DNA from: a virus
Virus record (IMG/VR): IMGVR_UViG_3300025634_000001
Location: 41,738 to 105,737 of that record
Reading direction: 5' to 3' (one strand)
Length of the DNA stretch: 64,000 bases
A program made the translations under genes and the position numbers. Within the stretch, counting starts at the first letter, position 1; each line of letters begins with the position of its first letter. Shown here piece by piece: positions 58,496-64,000 of this stretch. The notes under the pieces are model-generated. The model saw only the letters and a list, made by a program, of their open reading frames with translations. It ran no database searches and was not told the origin of the DNA.

Positions 58496-58565
58496 GCTCG
58501 GTCCTTCCGGTGGTCGGTGGTCATCTGGACGGGGGCGTCGTGGTCGTCTGGCCGGTCCCGGGTGG

Positions 58566-59237
58566 TCACGCGGCAGGCTGGGACTGACTAGCAAGCTCGG
58601 CGTCGATCCACGCCAGGAACGCCGTGTAGCGCTCCTCAGGGGTCTTGCCGCGGTACGTCTCGTCATTGCGGTAGGCCAGCTCCCACGCGAGCGTGTAGGC
58701 GATCCCGGCTTGCTGTGCGGCCAGCTCGGCGGTCTCCGTCAGCGGATTGCCGTCGTCAAGGGACGCGATCGCAGGCAGGGCGGCGAACGCTTCCGCAGGG
58801 TCGGCCCCTTCGCGGACCTTGCGGTGCCACAGGTAGGCGCCGATCAGGCAGACACCCTCGCCTTGGCCGCTAGCCGTCTCCTCGATCGCGCGGCGCTGCT
58901 CGTCCACGTCCTGGCGCATCCACTTCTCAACGAATCCGGCGTCGCGGTCATCGAAGGTGAGATTGCACTCGATCGCGCGGGCGCGGTGTTCTGCGACCTT
59001 CGCCGCTATCGCCTCCTGCGTGACACCGGCTACGCGGGCCGGGCCACCCACCGTGCATAGCGCGCCCTCGATCAGCCGCTTCTCGGGGAGTGCTAGCAGT
59101 GCTTCGCGGATCTCGGCCAGGGCCTTCCGGCCGCGCTTGCTCTTGAGGGTCGCGCGGGCGTTCCGTTCCCACCGGCCCTGAGCCAGGATCTGCTCGGGCT
59201 CGCCGTCGTAGTCGTCGTAGTCGCTGAAGCGGCTCAT
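58566..59237 (-). CDS. hypothetical phage protein
   Basis: AGGAG RBS; MSR..RG.KAL.E..ALLALPEKRLI..VCLIG..ND..TPEERY. Confidence 0.7.
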   Translation of the reverse strand: MSRFSDYDDYDGEPEQILAQGRWERNARATLKSKRGRKALAEIREALLALPEKRLIEGALCTVGGPARVAGVTQEAIAAKVAEHRARAIECNLTFDDRDAGFVEKWMRQDVDEQRRAIEETASGQGEGVCLIGAYLWHRKVREGADPAEAFAALPAIASLDDGNPLTETAELAAQQAGIAYTLAWELAYRNDETYRGKTPEERYTAFLAWIDAELASQSQPAA

Positions 59238-59277
59238 CGGTGTTCTCCTGTTTCGGTTCGTTCGGATTCGTTCTCGC

Positions 59278-59511
59278 TCATGCCGCTCTTGCCTGCTCCG
59301 GGGCGATGGCGATGCTCCGGTCATGCACAAAGCCCCAGCGGTCAGAGGTCGCCGTCCAGGCGGTCCCGCACTCCTGGCACTGGTGGTCGGTGACCCGGAA
59401 GCGGCCGGACCCGGTTACGGGACCGATGGGGGGCGATGCGTCGGGGATGCCTGGGGGGCACTCCGGGCATGCGTCGGCCATGGCGGGGGGCGGAGCGGGG
59501 ATGGTGATCAT
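59278..59511 (-). CDS. small zinc-ribbon protein
   Basis: CPEC..CQECG.AW. Confidence 0.6.
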   Translation of the reverse strand: MITIPAPPPAMADACPECPPGIPDASPPIGPVTGSGRFRVTDHQCQECGTAWTATSDRWGFVHDRSIAIAPEQARAA

Positions 59512-59984
59512 GCGGCGATATCCCGTCCCGTGTAGCCCGGCAGGTTCTCTAGCCGCCACTGGTGCGCGACCTTGGCAGCTTCCTCGGGAGTGCCGTAAAC
59601 GCCAAGGTTGTGGATCCGGCCGCCCTGCTTGGCGCGGGCCTGCCACTTGCCCTTCATCGGGTAGACGCCTCGAAAACCGCTGGCCGCGCGTCCCTTGACG
59701 TTGGCGCTGGACTCGCTCGCCGTGACGAACCGCAGGTTGACCTTCCGGCAGTCAAGCCGGTTGCCGTTGATGTGATCTACGATCTGGCCGTCATAGCGGG
59801 TGGCGCCCATTACCCAGCGATGCAGGAGGATGGTCCGATTGAGTCCGGGGCCCTCGCACATCTGGGCGTAGCCATGCGAGCCGAGCGAGAGACTGCGCTC
59901 GCCGAGTCGCTCGACATTCTCGGCGTCCAGCCATGCGTAGACGGTCAGGTCGCCGACCTTGACCGGAACCCTTGCCGCGCCCAT
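59508..59984 (-). CDS. HNH endonuclease with AP2 domain
   Basis: LHRWVM..VDHINGNRLD.R..NLR; SGFRGV..KWQAR..LG.Y.TPEEAA. Confidence 0.9.
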   Translation of the reverse strand: MGAARVPVKVGDLTVYAWLDAENVERLGERSLSLGSHGYAQMCEGPGLNRTILLHRWVMGATRYDGQIVDHINGNRLDCRKVNLRFVTASESSANVKGRAASGFRGVYPMKGKWQARAKQGGRIHNLGVYGTPEEAAKVAHQWRLENLPGYTGRDIAA

Positions 59985-60412
59985 TAGAACGGTGGTTCCG
60001 AGTCGAAGGGGTTCTCATCCCGCGCCGCGGTCTTCGGGGCGTCCGCGGTCTGCCGGTCGGCCCGCATGACCTTCGCTGAATGGAAGCGCAGTGACGCGGC
60101 CACGTCCTCGGCGACCACCTTGAGGGATTTGCGCTTCTCGCCGTCCTTGGTGGTCCACTCCTCTTGCGAGGCGTGGCCGGTGACGATGACGCCGGTCCCC
60201 TTGGTGAGCGAGTCGGTGATGTTGCTGGCCAGCTCACCGAACGCCACGCAATCCCAGTAGGTGACATCGGAATCCGACCACTCGCCGGTCTGCTGGTCCT
60301 TAACGCGGCGGGACGTGACTACCGAGAACCGGGCCACGGCCTTGCCTGCTTGGCTGAACTTCAGGTCCGGGTCTCGCGTGAGGCGTCCGGTCAGCGTTAC
60401 GTCAGTGCTCAT
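59984..60412 (-). CDS. ssb: single-stranded DNA-binding protein
   Basis: GRLTRDPDL.F, OB-fold motifs, acidic PPF C-terminus. Confidence 0.95.
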   Translation of the reverse strand: MSTDVTLTGRLTRDPDLKFSQAGKAVARFSVVTSRRVKDQQTGEWSDSDVTYWDCVAFGELASNITDSLTKGTGVIVTGHASQEEWTTKDGEKRKSLKVVAEDVAASLRFHSAKVMRADRQTADAPKTAARDENPFDSEPPF

Positions 60413-60421
60413 GTTGATCTC

Positions 60422-62002
60422 CTATTTCGATTTCTTGCCGGCCAGGTTGAGCCCGTCGGCGACTTTCCAGGGCCAGTCGAATTCATGCGTGCCCCACATC
60501 AGCTCCTGCGGCCAGTGACGCTCTTCGCGCGGGCCGCGCCACGGAAGCACGGACACGAGGCGATGCCGGCCGTTCTCGTCGGTGTCGCCTTGAGGCTTGA
60601 TGCCGTAGCCAAACTCGGGCCAGCGCATGAGCAGGCTCGAGCCGGTCGGGCGGATGCTGCGGTTAACGCCGTCGCCATGGCCGGCGTGGGCTTCGGTGAC
60701 GAGAGCGCAGTCCGCCTTGACGCGGGCGGCGTCCAGGGCGGAGACGACGAGGCGGGCCGCCGATTCCTCGTTCGTGTCCGTGGCATGCAGGCGGTAGAAC
60801 GGGCCGCAGACCAGCAGGCTCGGCTGATGTGCGGTGACGCGCTCGAGTAGCCACGCGGCGTCTTCCTCGCGGGTCAGGTCGATTCCCGCGGGCTTCTGCA
60901 GGATGCGCAGCGCGCCCTCGGGGACCGGGTGGCCCTGGCCGCGGGCGATGGCCTCGAGCTTGCGGAAGTGGCGCCGCGATTTGCGGTCAGGGTTCTCGCA
61001 GTCGATGAAAAGGACGCGCTGCGGAGTGATCGGCTCATCGGTGAACGGATGCACGCCAGCCGCCGCGGCGACTGCGAGCTGCCGGATGACGACGCTCTTG
61101 CCCAGCCCCTCGAATCCGGTCCAGATGAGGCGGTCGCCGCGCTCAAGCAACTCGGGTATCACCCAGTCGCTCGGCGGGTCGATGATCGAGATGAACTCGT
61201 ACAGGTCCGGGGCGAGGTCGGGCTTCCCCGTGTCGTCGCCGCGGAAGGTGACCTCGAGCTCGGCGAGCGAATGACCGGCCCGCAGGTGGTCCGATACATC
61301 CTTGAGGTCGCCGGCGGCCTCGTGGATCTCGACTGCCCCGGCGATGTCGTTAAGGCTTGCGGCGACCTGCCGGGCGTGGGCCTGCCCGGGCTTGTCCTTG
61401 TCCGCGATGATGATCACGATGGCCTCGCGGAGGAATTCCGCGTACTCGGACCGCCACTTCCCGGCGCCGCCCGGATTGCATGTCGCAGTGACGCCCGCGG
61501 CCTCGAGCGCGTGGACATCCTTCTCGCCCTCGACCACGTAAATGATCTCGCCGTCCTTGACGGCCTCGATCACCTTCGGCAGGCGGTACAGGACGCGACG
61601 GGTCTCGCCGAGACTCCAGCGCCAGCCGCTCTTGCGCGTGGCGTCAGGGACTCGCTGCGGGAAGCTCTTCGTCGCGGTGCGGAGCACCTGGAACAGCAGC
61701 TTCTCGCTCTCGTCCACGTAGCTGTAGACCGCGACCGCATCGCCGTGCGGGGTCCACTCGGCTTGCGACTGCTGCTCGTCCCGCGGCGTGCAGAGGTCAT
61801 TCCAGGTGAGGCCGATCTTGGCGAGGATGTCTTCGGCCGCGCAATTGGCGTGGCAGCGGATGACGACCGGGTGTGACGTGCCGCGGCCGATCGTCATGCT
61901 GGCCTCGCGGTCCTCGTGGGCCGGGCAGCAGGCTTTCCAGTAGCCGCCGAGCTGGCGGACTCCCTCGAGCCTCGGCAGCAGAACCTCAGTGAGTGCGTCC
62001 AT
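60422..62002 (-). CDS. primase-helicase (Zn finger + TOPRIM + RecA-like ATPase)
   Basis: CPAHED..S..CHANC; VEGEKD, IADKD; GFEGLGKS. Confidence 0.9.
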   Translation of the reverse strand: MDALTEVLLPRLEGVRQLGGYWKACCPAHEDREASMTIGRGTSHPVVIRCHANCAAEDILAKIGLTWNDLCTPRDEQQSQAEWTPHGDAVAVYSYVDESEKLLFQVLRTATKSFPQRVPDATRKSGWRWSLGETRRVLYRLPKVIEAVKDGEIIYVVEGEKDVHALEAAGVTATCNPGGAGKWRSEYAEFLREAIVIIIADKDKPGQAHARQVAASLNDIAGAVEIHEAAGDLKDVSDHLRAGHSLAELEVTFRGDDTGKPDLAPDLYEFISIIDPPSDWVIPELLERGDRLIWTGFEGLGKSVVIRQLAVAAAAGVHPFTDEPITPQRVLFIDCENPDRKSRRHFRKLEAIARGQGHPVPEGALRILQKPAGIDLTREEDAAWLLERVTAHQPSLLVCGPFYRLHATDTNEESAARLVVSALDAARVKADCALVTEAHAGHGDGVNRSIRPTGSSLLMRWPEFGYGIKPQGDTDENGRHRLVSVLPWRGPREERHWPQELMWGTHEFDWPWKVADGLNLAGKKSK

Positions 62003-62005
62003 GGC

Positions 62006-62920
62006 TCAGTTCTCGTAGGGCGAGGTCGGGTAGTTGATCCGGGCCGGGGGGGTGTCTTCCGCGTCGTCCTGCTGCTCGATCCAGCATTCGCCGTTCAGCC
62101 AGGTGGCGGGATGCTTGGTGTAGTCGATGGGCCGCGACTGGCGCTGGTAGTCGTCGCGGTAGCGCTCGGCGCCGAGAATGATCACCTTCGGGTCCACGGC
62201 ACCCTTGACGACGGCGGTCTTCCATGCCTTGCGGGCCTGCCCCTTGGCGACGCGGCGCGGGTACACATCCCAGAACGCGGCGAAGTCAGGATCGGCGTCG
62301 GAGCCGACCTCGACGCCGGCCGGCCTCTGCCGGCCAAGGTTTTTACCTGCCTCTTCCTCTGTCTCTGAATATGTCTCTGTCTCTGACTCTGTCTCTTTGG
62401 AGTCAGACCGTTTCGCATCACCGATCCGGCCAGCGATGGGCAACTGATCTGAACTCTGCTCTGATGTCTGATCGGTAGTCTGATCAGACATCAGAGCCTC
62501 TTTCCGGCACCATTCGCAGTCCGGGTCGGGACTTTCCTGCTCAACGTGCCAGCGCCGGTGGTTGGCGTGCCGTGCACCGCGGGCCTTGGCGTGCGACTTC
62601 CGCTCTATGGCCTCGCGGCTAGGGTTGCGCTCCAGCCAGCCCGCGACCTGGTATCCGTAGTCGCCGCGTTCGATCAGGCCGACCTCAACGAGGCGGCCGG
62701 CGTCGCGCTGGCCGTTCTTCTCGCTGTCCGGGAGAACGAGAAAAGCAATCTCGTCCTCGGGCACGAAGCCGTCCGACTTGGTTTCCTTGCAGAACAGAAG
62801 CATCTGAACGTACAAGTCGCGCAGCATCCGGGCGTCGCGCCCGTAGCGATTCAGCCGTCGCACCTTCGCGTTCTTCGGGAAGGTCACGGCCAGCTGTAGA
62901 TGCAGCTCCCCCGCTGGCAC
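62006..62920 (-). CDS. replication initiator / replisome organizer
   Basis: wHTH-like N-terminus, ETESETE linker, FAAFWDVYPRRVAKG.A.KAW..HPATWLNGECW. Confidence 0.8.
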   Translation of the reverse strand: MPAGELHLQLAVTFPKNAKVRRLNRYGRDARMLRDLYVQMLLFCKETKSDGFVPEDEIAFLVLPDSEKNGQRDAGRLVEVGLIERGDYGYQVAGWLERNPSREAIERKSHAKARGARHANHRRWHVEQESPDPDCEWCRKEALMSDQTTDQTSEQSSDQLPIAGRIGDAKRSDSKETESETETYSETEEEAGKNLGRQRPAGVEVGSDADPDFAAFWDVYPRRVAKGQARKAWKTAVVKGAVDPKVIILGAERYRDDYQRQSRPIDYTKHPATWLNGECWIEQQDDAEDTPPARINYPTSPYEN

Positions 62921-62922
62921 AG

Positions 62923-63519
62923 TTACGCCGCCGTTCCCTTGGTCTCGCCCTTGCCGGTACCGCCCTTGCCGAAGCGGTAGGCGAGCGCGACCACGGAAGC
63001 CGCGGCGATCTTCGCCTCGCCGCCGCCGCCGAAGTCGGTCGGATCGGCCGGGCAGCCATCTTCAACGAGCCGCCCGTAGAACACGCCGGGGAACGCGAGG
63101 TCGAAATGCTCGCCGCTCGGGCAGGGGCGCCACTCGTGCGTGTCGTCCTCCCAGCCACCCTGGCCAGGCTCCTTGGCGGTGTCGTCGCCACCGATGAGAA
63201 CCGGCTTGATGTGCGGCGTGGGCAAGCCTGCGAACAGCGCCGTGCGTGATGGCTGCGGGCGCTGCGCTGCGAACTTCCGCCACTTCGCAACGCCCTCCGG
63301 GTCTTCCTTCCAGTCCGGCTTGATCTCGATCCAGAGATCACCCAAGGGGAGTCCCTTGATGATGAAGTCGGGCAGGTAGGCCATCCCGTCGATGACGAAC
63401 CCCTGCGGCTCGTATGTGGCGTCCAGGCCCAGCTCTTTGAAGAAGATCGCCCATCGCGTTTCTGTGTGGGACCGGTACGACTTCCCCTCGTATTCGCCGG
63501 GCAGTGACCAGCGGGACAT
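62923..63519 (-). CDS. PD-(D/E)XK nuclease-like protein
   Basis: YRS..E.RWA.FF..YEP..YLPDF..WIEIKP. Confidence 0.8.
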   Translation of the reverse strand: MSRWSLPGEYEGKSYRSHTETRWAIFFKELGLDATYEPQGFVIDGMAYLPDFIIKGLPLGDLWIEIKPDWKEDPEGVAKWRKFAAQRPQPSRTALFAGLPTPHIKPVLIGGDDTAKEPGQGGWEDDTHEWRPCPSGEHFDLAFPGVFYGRLVEDGCPADPTDFGGGGEAKIAAASVVALAYRFGKGGTGKGETKGTAA

Positions 63520-63611
63520 GTGGCGCCGTCCTTTCAGGGGGTCGAGTTGCTTTAGGTGTTCAGGTGATGCCGCCGCGCGATGTCTTCGGCTTGCCTAACT
63601 ATGCCAGCAAT

Positions 63612-63670
63612 CATTGGCCAACACAAGTTGGCCAATGGAAGTGAGCGTGATGCTATCATGGTGTTGGCCA
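63612..63670. promoter_or_regulatory. operator repeats TTGGCCA(A) in a divergent control region
   Basis: CATTGGCCAAC-ACAA-GTTGGCCAATG palindrome plus a third copy at 63664. Confidence 0.65.
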
Positions 63671-63693
63671 CATGGGTGTGGCATCCTGACCAC

Positions 63694-63987
63694 GTGACAG
63701 AGGAAGAGGCCATGACCGAACTTCGCGCCGCGCTCGCGGCCACGTCGCCTGAGGCGGAAGAGCAGCGCTCCGCCCGCATCGGCGCCGCGTTCTATGAGGC
63801 GATGAAGGCCGCTAACGGGCGCCGCGGATGGCAGGCCGAACTCGTCAAGGAAACTGGGCTGACCCGTGAGACGATCCGGCGCCACGTCGAGGATGAGCGG
63901 ATCCGTCGCGGCGAGATCCTCCCGACGAAGCGCTACCTCGAGCAGCAAGAAGCGCTGGCGCGCAAGAAGGCCCGCACCAGCTCCTGA
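63694..63987 (+). CDS. HTH DNA-binding protein (start uncertain)
   Basis: WQAELVKETGLTRETIRR. Confidence 0.7.
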   Translation: MTEEEAMTELRAALAATSPEAEEQRSARIGAAFYEAMKAANGRRGWQAELVKETGLTRETIRRHVEDERIRRGEILPTKRYLEQQEALARKKARTSS

Positions 63988-64000
63988 CGACGCCAAGAAG

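Larger units (their letters stand above)
1..64000. mobile_element. Temperate actinobacteriophage (siphovirus-like), partial genome
   Basis: Ordered head, neck, tail tube, chaperone, tape measure, minor tail, lysis, integration and replication modules; high GC; no host housekeeping genes. Confidence 0.95.

Noticed and set aside
1-64000. tRNA, rRNA, reverse transcriptase/DGR, group I/II introns
   Set aside because: No recognisable cloverleaf, RT motifs or interrupted genes seen by eye; needs tRNAscan/Infernal to exclude

Overview
The whole 64 kb window is part of one high-GC temperate siphovirus-like phage of Actinomycetota. A near-identical bldC suggests a filamentous, sporulating host (inference). 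The integrase has arm-type repeats on both sides of a presumed attP, with phage genes on both flanks, so this looks like the excised or virion form. Left arm (+ strand, 1-40.7 kb): end of a MuF-type head gene, XkdF-type protease, scaffold, major capsid, a glycosyltransferase/methyltransferase cluster, a 1661-aa Pro/Arg-repeat protein, neck and tail genes with a -1 frameshift chaperone, tape measure, minor tail/tailspike genes and a lysis module. Several self-promoted minus-strand inserts interrupt this arm: two HNH cassettes, a TnpB cassette and small HTH/RHH modules. Right arm (mostly - strand): secreted proteins, a BldC fusion, DNA methylase plus SF2 helicase, MazG-like, Xis/repressor/integrase, many small early genes, SSB, primase-helicase and replication initiator. 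Most notable: (1) a catalytically intact TnpB with omega-RNA end but no tnpA, expressed from the same promoter/double-hairpin leader as the two free-standing HNH cassettes, so a candidate RNA-guided homing endonuclease; (2) a synonymously recoded BldC fused to an RNA-polymerase alpha-CTD-like domain, downstream of a candidate structured RNA; (3) short A/T-third-position recoded patches in conserved genes. All product calls rest on motif recognition by eye; no database search was run.
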